Below are positions 1-11,312 of a DNA stretch of 64,000 nucleotides, one piece after another. Source of the DNA: Pavona decussata (lineage: Eukaryota). Both the position numbers and the translations under genes were made by a program. Under the pieces are notes generated by a model. It had not been told where the DNA came from and ran no database searches. It worked only from the letters and a program-made list of their open reading frames with translations. How positions within the stretch are numbered: position 1 is the first letter of the stretch; every line of letters begins with the position of its first letter. The stretch spans positions 2,294,001 through 2,358,000 of the forward strand of contig CDRNST010000057.1 of assembly GCA_977016875.1 (NCBI GenBank). Direction: 5' to 3'.

Positions 1-635
1 TCTAATCTTTCGTTTCGCGTGACTACGATAAATCTGAACTAACAACACGGTCTGCAATTCCTTTAGCCTGCAAAGCAAGTTTTTCTGTGGAGTTTTCTGT
101 ACGCTCTTAAGTCTGGACGCGCGCGAAATGTCCCTATTTCCGCGCGGTCAGACAGCGAAAACCACACAAACGAAATGCTTGCCCTTTTAAGAGCCCTTTT
201 TAAAATTTCCGCTGATCACCCCGTCACTTTTCTATGGGAGTACCCCCGGGGGGCCAGCAATCTCTGTTCTTCTTCCTTCTTTGGATAGGTGTGGCCATCC
301 CAATGGAAACATAGAACAGGCGAGTCTTATTCCTATGTTGCTGTTTTAAGAGTGGTTCTATCATTAGAGTCTGCGGATGCAATCCTAAAGTGTGACCATT
401 CAAATGAATACCTTTTTATTCCAAAGACCTTTTTACTAAATGCTGTATGTGATATTGTATTCCACTGGGACCATCCACTAGATTAGCCTCTGTTATTTGG
501 ATGATCCCAACTCACTTCCTTTGTAACTGATATTTTTTTTCGTTATTTTTGATGAATTTATTGCATATTTTAATTTCCAGTCTGTACCCTCTGTAAAGTT
601 GAGTTGAGTAAATAAATTATCCGATATCTGAATGA

Positions 636-830
636 AACCTACTGAGCAGTATAGTTTTCCAGTGGTGCTCTTTATTCTGCTGTACAATATGGTTCTAACT
701 TTTGAGTCTGTGGATGGAATCCTAAAGTGTAACCATTCAAATGAAAGCTACTGAGCAGTCCTTTCCTGTGGTGCTGTTTATTATGCTGTACAAAGTGGTT
801 CTAACTTTTCATACTGTTGATGAAATCCTG
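636..830 (+). repeat. About 103-bp dispersed satellite-like repeat (other copies about 320-405, 33360-33500 minus, 46518-46731 and 46942-46995)
   Basis: Recurrent unit GAGCAGT.CTTTCCTGTGGTGCTGTTTATTATGCTGTACAA.GTGGTTCTAACTTTTGAGTCTGTGG...AATCCTAAAGTGTGACCATTCAAATGAAAGCTACT. Confidence 0.85.
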
Positions 831-1151
831 AACAGAGAGCCAAATAACCGCAAAATCGCGTGACTTACAAAGAACATTTTAATCATGGCACGTTCCGGAC
901 TTCTCTATCGCCCCTTTATCGTCACATCTTAAGCTGATTTGTCTCTCGGATCGGACATTGTTAGCAGAGTTTTCTGCTTAAAAAAAAAAGCGAGGCAAAG
1001 TTGCTGCTGGTAATTTCTACATTAAATGTGTTTTAGTAAACAAAGAAAAACTAATGCCAACTCAAAATCTAGGTCCCGCGAAACAGTGGTTTAATGTAAA
1101 CTTTGGCCAAAGCCGGGTCCTCGTTATGTTTGTGAGTGCCAGATGAAATCG

Positions 1152-1505
1152 AGGAATAAGGGAAGTGGTCAAAACAGGACTCACCAAACCACAAAATAGA
1201 TGGTGGTGGTGGTCTCTGCCTGCCCCCCTCCCCCCCCCCCCCCCCTTCCTCAACCTCGAATGATGGTGTCTTTATTGCACAGCCACCCCTCTATCTGGCA
1301 GTAAAAAATGACAATGAAATTCAAACCACACCTTTCTCGTTTATCTAGCAATGCTGACTCTTGCTAGCTAAACCAGTTTCCGTGTCATCTCAAAATTTTA
1401 AAGCCAGATTTTGTCCGTAATGTTCATGGAATAGGTGGTGTCTTCGATAATCCCCGCTACCGCAGGCAAGGTGGGTCCTCTCTGAAAAAAATTGTTATGA
1501 CCCGT
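1152..1505 (+). repeat. Dispersed repeat, second copy at about 61076-61422
   Basis: The two copies are colinear: TAAGGGAAGTGGTCAAAAC...AAATAGATGGTGGT...CAGTAAAAAATGACAATGA...ATCTAGCAATGCTGACTCTTGC...CAAGGTGGGTCCTCT. Confidence 0.85.
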
Positions 1506-2913
1506 TTTCTCTAGGTTCCAACTGTTCTGGGGTGCTGTTTGTGGAGTAAAACATTAAAATTCGTTTTTTTTTCCAAGGGAGCGAGAGAAGTGAAGGCAAG
1601 CTTCCCGGGAGAAGGCCCAAAAAACCACAATTTTTTCCTCCTGTTTGTGCTCCACGCCTTCACGACCCTTCCGCGCTCTCGGAAAGGCCGGAAACGAGCG
1701 CTACGCTACCTTTTAGAGAAAGATCTCTGTTTTTAACTTTAATACGACACAGGGCTCATTTAATCCAGCCTGCTGAATTGGACTACCCTGTGCAAGTAAA
1801 TATTGGCTGGAAAAAGAAAATTAATAAAGCCCGTTTGACCAAGGCTTGTAAATTGTTAAGAGCAAATAATTTTTATTGCTATTGTTGTTGTTTTACATGT
1901 AAAACATGAAAATGTAATTAAAAAACGTGATGTACAGAACGGTTTTACCATAGTTACTTGAGGGACTGGGTAGGAAACCTTGCCATGAAAACAATAGTGC
2001 TGCAATTTATGTTGGAAGGGTCGCGACCCTGCACAATCCTTTGTTTTAACGTTCACACCACATTTGAATATCTTAACAAAAACGTGTCCATTGGTCAGTT
2101 GCTCCAACACATTTCAAAATCTATTGTTGTTTGTGCAGGGTCAAGACCAAAAAGGCAATCAAAAACATATAACAAAGAAGTTTGTCAGGTTTCAAAACCA
2201 TTGCCTTTAATTAACTATGGTTTTACTAAAAGCCATTCTTGGCTAGACCTTGCTACTCTTTCTTTCAATGGTCGCGTGGTTGTAATTAATTCACCAGCGA
2301 GGGAAAAAGACGAGGCTGAACCGCTATAGAAAATCGATTCAACTCAAGATCAAAATAACATTAAATGGTTTCTAGTGAATCCAACCTGGTATTTGTTGTT
2401 ACTTCTCCAGTATTTTTATTGTTACTATTTCCTTATAATTTTTCACTGTTTTTAACCTTTTGGAAGCGAAGCGAAGTAACCTTTTGTTAGTGTCCCCGAT
2501 TAGTAAGCCAATAATAGGCTAGCTAGAAGATTGACACTAAAAATAAAGTTATTACTATCATTATTACTAGTTGAAACATGGTCTGATCTCCATGTTCGCT
2601 GTATTAATACTATGCTACCCAGAGTTTATGAGGAACTTTCAGTGACAACCAAGCACTGCTTGTATTGTAAATAGGAAAATGCATGCAATAAATTATCTTC
2701 AAATAAGTAGATGTGTCTGACCTGTTCCCGGAGAAGACCCCCTCTGATTCGACTCTCGTAAATGACCACAAAATCTAGGCATTTTGGGTGGTCACTTCTG
2801 GGAGGTTTGACTGTATAACAAGATAAATCACTAGAAATCCCATAGCAACAACTCTTATTCTGTACAAGTGTAGTTAAGTTCCCCCCCCCCCACCCCCCTC
2901 AGCTTACTACTGT

Positions 2914-5900
2914 TCAGACTACTATTCTGGCTTCATCATGCTGCGAAGAAGAAAAGATCTCTGCGTTCTTTGGTTGAACTTGAATGTGAACAGTGATCTT
3001 TTGAAATTCCCTGAAGTACGTCAGAAAGTACAAAAGAAAGCAAATACTCATGAGCCACTCACTGAATGTGCTTGCCAAATGAGCACCATAACCCTGCAAA
3101 TAAAATGTTCAAAATATTAGCTGTGTGTGTTACGATTCACCCTTGCCTGTGATCTATTAAAGGGCAGACAAAATTAAAATTTCTTGAATAAAAAGCATTT
3201 CATAAATTAGACAGTCAAATTTGTTTCTACACTTTAATTGGCCCAAGTTGATTAATAGCCAATCTCGTACCCAGCGTCCTCAGGCTCTTTGGTCAGCGGT
3301 TGGTTGCCAGGAGAGACTGATGACCAACCACTGACCAAAGAGCCTGAGGACTCTGGGTACGAGATTGATTAATAGCATGTGCTTTGCAACTGAAGATCAG
3401 CTTTGGGGGCAGGAAGCCTAAACCTCACTTGGTAAACCATCAACAAATGGAACTCTTCTATTCTGTACACTATAATAACCACTGTAGTGGACTTACCTTA
3501 TCTGATTCTTCCCACTTGTGTTCATATCTTGACATGGTACTGTTTTTGTGTTTGTTATATTGTCTCACACTGACACTTCCAGCTGCAAGGGCTGTAAGGT
3601 TATCATCAAGGACTATAACACACCAACATATGCACATCTCAAGCCTTGAAAAACTCCTGTCCTCCACCATAATTTATAATAAGTGCCACTTGTTATGTGA
3701 CGATAACGCTGTTATTGTATCACGTGTATAAATGTTGCAATTAAAGGAGCAGAGTCACCTATTTTTAGTGTCACTTTGAATAGCCACAAAACATATTTGT
3801 ATCAAAGGAATCATTAAAATAACGGTCCAGATTTGTCAATAATAACAGGCCTACAAGTGCACTGAAATGATTGATTGAAATAATCAATCATCTTTGGCTG
3901 GATAGCTAGGATGGAAATGGATTGCAACTTGAAAAAAATATCAGCCAAGTTTTACCTGACAGCGTGTATTTTGGAGCGATCACAAAAAAACTGATTCAAG
4001 TTTATTTTTCCTTGGAGAATTTCTGAATTGCATATAAATTTTCCTCCTGGTGCGCTAAAAGCAGTTTCCTGTTAGAGAACAGGTACTTTGTCAAACATTG
4101 AGCAGTTTTGACCAACATACAGCCCCAGGGGGGGTACTCTGGATTTCAAGTGACGGGGATTCATGATCGAATAGGGGGTAAAAATCAAAACCCCCAAAAA
4201 TCCCTAGGGCTTCCAACAAACCCAAAAAAATCCCTGGACCAAAAATTAACCCCAAAAAAATCCCATGCCGAATTTCCGAGCCTTAAAAATTTTCAGAAAG
4301 CATTAAATGATATAACACGGAAATAAAAGCATTAGAAATTGAACGTTTGTGTTCGTTTATTCATCATACCATCTGAAGTTATCTTTTCCGCATCTCGAGA
4401 CTCAACAATCAACACTCGAGACACCCAAGGACACCTTCTGTTGACAATAAAATTATGCAGAATGACAATGCAGCTGGGATACACAGGCACTACCACGAAT
4501 CTTCAGATTGTTTTGAATATCCAAAAAAATCCCTTCTTAAATCAAGCCACCCCAAAAAATATTTGCCAAATTTTCCTACCCAAAAAAAGCCCTGAAATTG
4601 AAAATTTCAAACCCGAAAAAATTCTTCAATCATCCCTGTCACTTGAAATCAGAAGTACCCCCCCCCCCCCCCCCCCCGGGCATACAGCAAAATCACTACG
4701 ACAGACTGGGCCCCTTTATATGATGATAATGATGATGTGATGCAGATAACGATGATGGTGATAATGATGATGATGATGGTGGCGGTGGTGGTAATAAATA
4801 TATTATGGGAGTACTATATACTGTGGGAGGTCATTTTCATCCAAAGACTATTACAGTACTGGGCAGAAGTAACCTAACAGGGAACGCGTTACTGGAACGC
4901 TTAGGGAATGCAAAGGAGAACGCTTTAAGAACACGTTCAGCACAGTGTTCCCTGTTAGGTAACTTCTGTCTGGTACTGTTTTTGTACCTCCCATTTAGTT
5001 ATTAATCCTCTCGTCAGAACTACAAGATAGTCGGTAATTAATAATGCAACATAAAGAGTGGTCACGACAGAACTGCAAAGAACATTCAAAGGATACTAAT
5101 GATAAAAAACACCGTCACTAAAAAAGCAAGTGCAAATCTTGTGAAAGAACTTAGTGAAGAACTCGTTGCTTGGAATCGCATTTTATGTGAGATGATTGCC
5201 TGAATCCAACAGTACACCATTCCTAAGCCAAACACCATAATAGCACCAACCATATGCACTGGCAGGGAATTTACGACCTGAAACAAAGGCATCTATTACT
5301 GTTGTTGTTGTTGTTGTTCTTATTTTCTTGTAGTACTGCATATTGTCATATGGTCACCACGTGACAAGGTTTGAACCTTTTTGCGTTCCCCTATTTTTCC
5401 ATGTGATTTTCAAGATTGTCTGCTTTGATCGAATGGCTGCCATCTTACTTTTTATTGGACAGCAGGGTCTGGGGAGAGGGCCAAAACTCCTGGGGAGGTC
5501 CTTATTAGGCTGTATAACATGGATGCAAAACATGGGGGAGGGACACGCACCCCCTCAGTTAATTTGGCACTATCTCCAGGCTGTGCTTACCAATAAAAAG
5601 TTGGATGGCAATCATTTGATTATGCCATACACTGACAGACTATTTGAACAGAAAAAATATACCCTTCTAAAGACAAGCACTTCATCAAATAAACGATCTC
5701 TTGTAAGGACAACAGAGAAACAGAAACAGTGCATGCTAGAGTTTTCACCAAGTGTACATATTAACACATTTTACTGTCACTACATGTATAATTGGAAAGC
5801 TCTACAGTGTATAATCTCAAGTCTAGCATGGCATTCATATAGTTTACCACGTGCACAGTGATCACAAGCCACTTTCTAGAATTGATGCTTGACAAAGATG

Positions 5901-8266
5901 GGTACAAATTACCAACAGCATGAAAGCATGCTGGAATCTAAGAATAAAAAAAAAGATTAAACTTACTTGAAAATTAGCAACGATGGAGAGGCCTAAGCAC
6001 GTAAAAGCACCAATCCATAGTGACCAGTAGTTCAGTTTTTGTATTAATGGCATATCAGTAACGTTGAACTCCCTGACATGCTTGTAGTGGATGTACATAG
6101 ATATAAAGGCTGAAAAAACAAAGGAACATGCACAAAAAGTTTCGTATTTAGTTCACAAATTATGAGTAAATATATAGATGTAGATATGTATGTAGATGTC
6201 GAAAAAAATATTTTAAAAGGAAAACGAGTGAAACATGAAAAAGAAACAAAAATACGTTCAGCCATGTCATAATTTGCAGATTTTAACTACTGCTATCTCG
6301 GGCTCAGAGCACATTTAGTCACCAGCTTTTCAATTGATGACCTTTTATGACATAAAACTTTGGTAGCCAATGCACTGAAATTTCTCCTTGGTGACACAGA
6401 AGAACAAAGCCTTTGCTGTTACTCAAGTCTACAAGTCAAGTGAACTGGAGGGATTACAAAGGAAATTAACTGATGCTGAGTATGAGTATAAATCATTGTC
6501 AAACTTTTTCATTTTGTCTGGCTCTTAAAAACTGAAAGAAAAAAAAAACATGCTTGCCACCAGAACACTTGCCAGACATTGAAACAACCTTTGAAACAAT
6601 TCCAGGGTCCATTATTTCTCTAGTTGCACCACAGGGACACCAGGTATTAGTATCTGGGGACTCATTAACTTTTTTGCGGCAGGTTGCACAATTGAGTTTC
6701 ACGCCGGAAGTGTTGGGCTCAAGTCCCACTCAGCTCGCTGCTAGGTGGAGTAAGAGCTTCATCTCATGATCTGAGTAGCCCCAAGGTTAACTCCTTGGTT
6801 GTGCTTGAAAAATAGCCTACAAAATCAATCACATACTGCAAGCAGTGCTTGGTAGATCTACACAACGTCAATACCAAAAACTGCAAACAACTGTTACGTA
6901 CCAATCACAGCCGATATATTAAGAAACTGTCCAAAGATACAGCTCTGAGGTGGATCAGCTCCCGCATCACTGAAACAAGACAAAAACAGTTCTTGTTCAT
7001 TGAGCTTCCCTACACCACAGTTATTAAAAATGAGAAACCAGTAGAGGCATAACAGTTTTTGTCACTGGTACTTTCATGGCTTAGTTACGTAAGTTATATT
7101 AGAGGCCACCTCCTAAACATCCCATTATTAATGTTTGTAAATGGAATTTTTCAAACTTACCTTATATATGGCCATAGAGCATTTACATCACTTTCATTTA
7201 CAGCTATGGCATATCTAAAGAGAAAAATATAAGAAATATAATAGTATTGGTAAGAATGTGTACCAAGAATTATATTTTATCATTAGCAAGAGTACTTTAT
7301 AATATTTTCCCATTTCCATAGAAAGTTTCTCACAGAATACAAGAATGTGTACCAAGAATTATATTTTATCATTAGCAAGAGTATTTTATAATATTTTCCC
7401 ATTTCCATAAAAAGTTTCTCACAGAATACAAGAATGTGTACCAAGAATTATATTTTATCATTAGCAAGAGTATTTTATATTTTCCCATTTGCATAGAAAG
7501 TTTCTCACAGAATACAAGAATGTGTACCAAGAATTATTAATATTTTTATTAGCAAGCATATTTTACAATATTTTCCTATTTCCATAGAAAGTTTCTCACA
7601 GAATACAAAATTTGTATTCATAGTGATAACTTCTGAATATATTTTTTTTATTGACAGATCTTTTCTGATCAATTTTCAAAAACATATTTATTATTTTTTT
7701 GAAAATTGATCAGAAAAGATCTGTCAATGAAAAAAAATTATTATTACAGTTTACATTAAATAACATATTGCACACTTTTGAGACAACATTCTAGAATACT
7801 TTTACTACCATTTGTGGGGGAGCGGGGTATGTTATAACCGGCAACCAATCAGCTGTGAAGACCAGAGTAATGAATGCTGTCTGTAAATTCAGCTGATTGG
7901 AAATGTCAAATGATTGCACCTCAATCACTTTCACCTCAATGAAAGTGACTGAACTATAGTGATAAATAACTAGTATGTACATGTAGCTTACAACAAAACC
8001 TGGGGTAAACTTTACTGCAATCAAACATACAAAAAAAATTAGAAAAGTCCATAAAAGCTCAACGCTTTTACTTGAGAGCACAATGCTGATAACTTTTTTG
8101 CAAGTCCGTTACTCCCAAAGTAAAAACCTTATCACACTTTTCATATTAATTTTTTTTGGTTTGACCACATTTAAGGGGTAAACACTTACGATGTAATGAA
8201 GGCAATCAAAGCAAAACAGCCAAGGACAACAGGAAGAAAATGAAGATTGCTTATTCCAGAGGCCAT
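2914..8266 (-). CDS. DRAM2: DNA damage-regulated autophagy modulator (DRAM1/DRAM2, Frag1/DRAM/Sfk1 family), about 265 aa, 7 coding exons
   Basis: Exons 8266-8190, 7214-7161, 6969-6902, 6109-5967, 5277-5097, 3591-3497 and 3093-2914 join in frame with GT-AG ends (798 nt). Family motifs: WPYISDAGADPPQSCIFGQFLNISA, GLSIVANFQ, VHMVGA, STFSEW, LTYFREFQKI. A non-coding first exon probably ends at the donor near 9768. The gene is probably co-orthologous to DRAM1 and DRAM2. Confidence 0.92.
3260..3367. mobile_element. Hairpin MITE with 9-bp TSD (AcademH/MULE-like)
   Basis: Termini CAATCTCGTACCCAG...CTGGGTACGAGATTG. ATTAATAGC is duplicated at 3251-3259 and 3368-3376. Confidence 0.85.
3592..5096 (-). 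other. U12-type (minor spliceosome) GT-AG intron in DRAM
   Basis: The donor reads GTATCCTTTG (U12 consensus RTATCCTTT). A branch-point-like TCCTTGAT (plus strand 3605-3612) lies 13 nt before the exon start, and there is no long polypyrimidine tract. Confidence 0.88.
4124..4680. mobile_element. Non-autonomous hAT-like element with 8-bp TSD
   Basis: Inverted termini CCC.GGGGGGGTACT..GATTTCAAGTGAC.GGG. CATACAGC is duplicated at 4116-4123 and 4681-4688. Confidence 0.8.
7252..7607. repeat. About 88-bp tandem repeat, 4 copies, in a DRAM intron
   Basis: The unit AAGAATGTGTACCAAGAATTATATTTTATC...GAAAGTTTCTCACAGAATAC is repeated four times. Confidence 0.95.
7650..7728. repeat. Perfect 33-bp inverted repeat (hairpin)
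   Basis: ATTGACAGATCTTTTCTGATCAATTTTCAAAAA and its exact reverse complement, separated by a 13-nt AT-rich spacer. Confidence 0.9.
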
Positions 8267-10155
8267 AGTTACATAAGCTATGTTTCAACTAGTCTGCTAC
8301 TAAATTCTGTAAGCAAGGAATAACAAAATGTCAATAAATTTAATTACATTCAGACATGGATATATGTTTTGCTCACGTTCTCCTAGTTGAGCCTAATTTT
8401 TAAATCTTTACATTATTAATTTTGATCACTTTCATGAAGACTTCAAGGATAACTGCGGGCTAAACATGTTTAGTTTCTTGAAAGGACATACCCTGGAACT
8501 ATTAATGACCGTACCTCACACTGGTACAGTGGAACGTCTCCTTACGGTCACCTCTATAATGCAGACACCTCTCCTCTTGCGTACAGTTTCTTTGGTCCCT
8601 GAGAGACCGAAATCCGTATAAAGCCTACTTCTCTAAAACAGACACCTCTATAATACAGACAGTTATTCCTGTCCCCTTGGTGTCCATAATATATAAAGAG
8701 GTTCGACTGTGCATCCAAAGGGGTAAAAAGGCCATCCACACTAACAACATCAATAGGGAAAAGAATTGAAATTCCAGAAGCATGGGTCCCCATGACATAT
8801 ACAACAGCCATTTGGTACCACATACAACACATACAACAGCCATTTGGTACCACATTCAACAGCCATTTGGTATCACAACAGACTGCTGAGGGAACAATAT
8901 CTAGTTTGTCTGAACAATAAAGCTTACAATCATGGTGCTAGTACTCAAAATCTTGGGTGCATTCTGTGTACGTCCCACGCCGAAGATACGTTGCTGGCTA
9001 TAAATGAATGCAACTTTAGGTCAGCTGTTGTGTAATGACCGTCTGTCACATGTTTAAATTCTGCTCAGAGGTAGCTTTGAAGTCTTACTGGGAAAAAATG
9101 GTAAATATCCTGCTCATGTGCTGGTTACAAGTGTTCCACAGGATGCTAGTATACCACCCTCATAGATGATGACAGTTTACAATAGTCCAAAATCTTATCA
9201 GCTAAACCCTTGCCTACAAAGGCACGAGTACATGAATAACCTTTTAGATTCTTCCAACCGTACATGTTCGATGATAACATGAAAATCTAACCTGACAATC
9301 ACGAGATCGATTGCCATAACCAATCAAAAAACAAAAATTTAGTCATTTGATTGTATGCTTCATGCCAAAATATGACGGTACGGGTTTACCCTGTTTAGAA
9401 TTAAATTTTAAAAAAAATCAAAAAAACTTTGAATCTTCCAAATTTGTTTTCGTTTAGTTGTTTATCCTTCTGTTCCCGTTTGTGATACTCAGAGAAGCGG
9501 TGGTATGCAAGCTTACTCCTGGCAACGGCTTAAAACTTTTTCCCAACCTACATTTGGCAGCCAGACATTTCACTTTCGAAGCTGTTCAATCTAAGTATAT
9601 TTATAATTTTCTTTCGATTTGTAATTATAGTTACGAAAGAGGAAGCATGCAAGCATACGATTACAGAACGGAAGCCTGTACAAGCTGTTTTCAAGAAACT
9701 CTAACCAAAGTTCACACCCAAAACAAGACTGTACGAGATTTCTCAGTATAAAAAGGAATTTTACCTACCTGTAGAACTGAGTGCGGCCGTTTAAAAGCAC
9801 TTTACATGACTGGATATAACGAACGTTTCCGATCCTGTCCCTGGAAATTTATAGCAACGAATCATGTGAGAAGCTCGTACAGTGCAGAGGATTCTGGGAA
9901 CGTTAGGAGGGAGCAGGTGAAAGCGCGAACGCGGATCGCGTGCGATAGACACTTTCAAAGTTTTTTTTCCCCGTCTTTCTTTTTTCAGAGTCTTCGACTT
10001 CCCTTCCTTGCTTCCGAAAAAACTGTTCTGAGCTTGTAATTATTTTAACTCAGCTTTTTTAAATTTTAGATGTTGATGAACGAATTACCAGATGTCAACC
10101 AATATTTGGCCTTCATACTGAGTAAATATTCGAGCCATATTTGCGTCACTGGGTC

Positions 10156-10163
10156 TATAAATA
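10156..10163 (+). promoter_or_regulatory. TATA box (TATAAATA) with flanking CRE-like sites, pointing away from DRAM
   Basis: TATAAATA is flanked by TTGCGTCA, TGACGTCG and TTACGTCA. A G-initiated hairpin (GGTATAGC/GTTATATC) starts 26 nt downstream. Confidence 0.45.
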
Positions 10164-10469
10164 GCCGATGACGTCGCAAATGGTATAGCTTACGTCACAC
10201 GTTATATCAACGAATTTGGTTGGACTAAATGAGCCCCTTGTTAACCGGTGTCGTCTGTTGTATTCTGATCAAGTTAGTTTTTGGTCGGCGTTGTTGCTCT
10301 GGGAAAAGTCTACAAAATACACCGGACCAAACACTCGCTCAAAATGGCCACCCAAATCGACACAGAAGACAGACAATGATCCCGTGCGCCCGGTTAGCAG
10401 AGATCGATCGGTTTCAACTAGCTGCCGAGGATTGTAATTTTGAATGTTTTTATTCAGTTACCCATCACA

Positions 10470-10927
10470 ATAACCGAAAGGTAACCGATCTCGAATCGGT
10501 GCTTAACCCTAGATACTGTAGATCTATGCCAAGCCCCTAAATGTTTTTTAAGTAAGCTTGAGCTCTTTTCACTCGGTTCTCTGCATCAGGTCACACCCGT
10601 CACACTCGTGAACGGTTACCAAGCGTGGTAGAAAGATGCTCCCAAAAAGTCTTTCTGCCGCACTACGATTAGTGGAATCGAGATTCACTATATTGTAAAG
10701 AGTGATGTTACACTCCGCACACAGAGTTCTTGGGTAGTGTGCATCGTCTCTCCGACACCCCCTCCCCTACTTGATCCAACGTCACCTGGTAAAAGTAGTA
10801 GAGTGTCCGTGGACTGATAGAGTACTTTCAAGTTTAATGGACCAAGACAACGCCAGGCCGAGCGGGCGAGGAGCCACCGATTACAACCCCTGTATTACTC
10901 TCGCTCGGCCACCCTCCTTTCACAATA
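10470..10927 (+). ncRNA. Candidate structured ncRNA, possibly telomerase RNA (tentative)
   Basis: TAACCCTA at 10504-10511. Pseudoknot with stems 10556-10563/10583-10591 and 10572-10582/10671-10682. Hairpin 10743-10818 is followed by AGAGTA (H box). The terminal hairpin is followed by ACA at 10922-10924. No canonical P6.1 was found, and the 5' end is uncertain. Confidence 0.35.
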
Positions 10928-11312
10928 CAGTCGAACCTCCTGTAAGCGGCAATCCAAAAGGCCAAGATTTAGTGGTCGCGAAGGGGTCTCTTCCGGGCAC
11001 AGGTCTGATCTGACACATCTACTTATTCGAAGAGAATTTATTGCACGCATTTTCCTAGTTACAATGAGCAGTGCTAGGTTGTCACTTAAAGTTCCTCGCA
11101 AGTTCTGAGTAGTGTTACACATGCCGCGAACATTGATATATGGAGATCAGTCCATGTGTCAAGTGGTCGCTTGTAAGAGGTTAAAAACAATGAAAATTGT
11201 AATGCCGTCACCTCAAAAAGTGGTCGCGGTCGCTTACGAGAATCTTACTATAGGGCTTTGACTGGGAAAAATTTGGTGTTCCCGATAGGTGGTCGCACAT
11301 GGAAGTGCGACT
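10928..11312. mobile_element. Tc1/mariner-type MITE (TA|CAGTCGAACC family), diverged
   Basis: 5' end TACAGTCGAACCTCC, internal GTGGTCGC(TTA) motifs and a degenerate 3' end GGAAGTGCGACTATA. Confidence 0.65.

Noticed and set aside
8462-8493. p53 response element in the first DRAM intron (AAACATGTTT ... GGACATACCC)
   Set aside because: There is only one perfect half-site. The second breaks the CWWG core and the spacer is long, so a chance match is likely.
10215-10540. RNase MRP or RNase P RNA (minus-strand AACAAGGGGCTCA; plus-strand GGGAAAAGTC)
   Set aside because: The matching half of P4 (GAAAGTCCCC for MRP, or a canonical CR-V for RNase P) is absent on the required strand.
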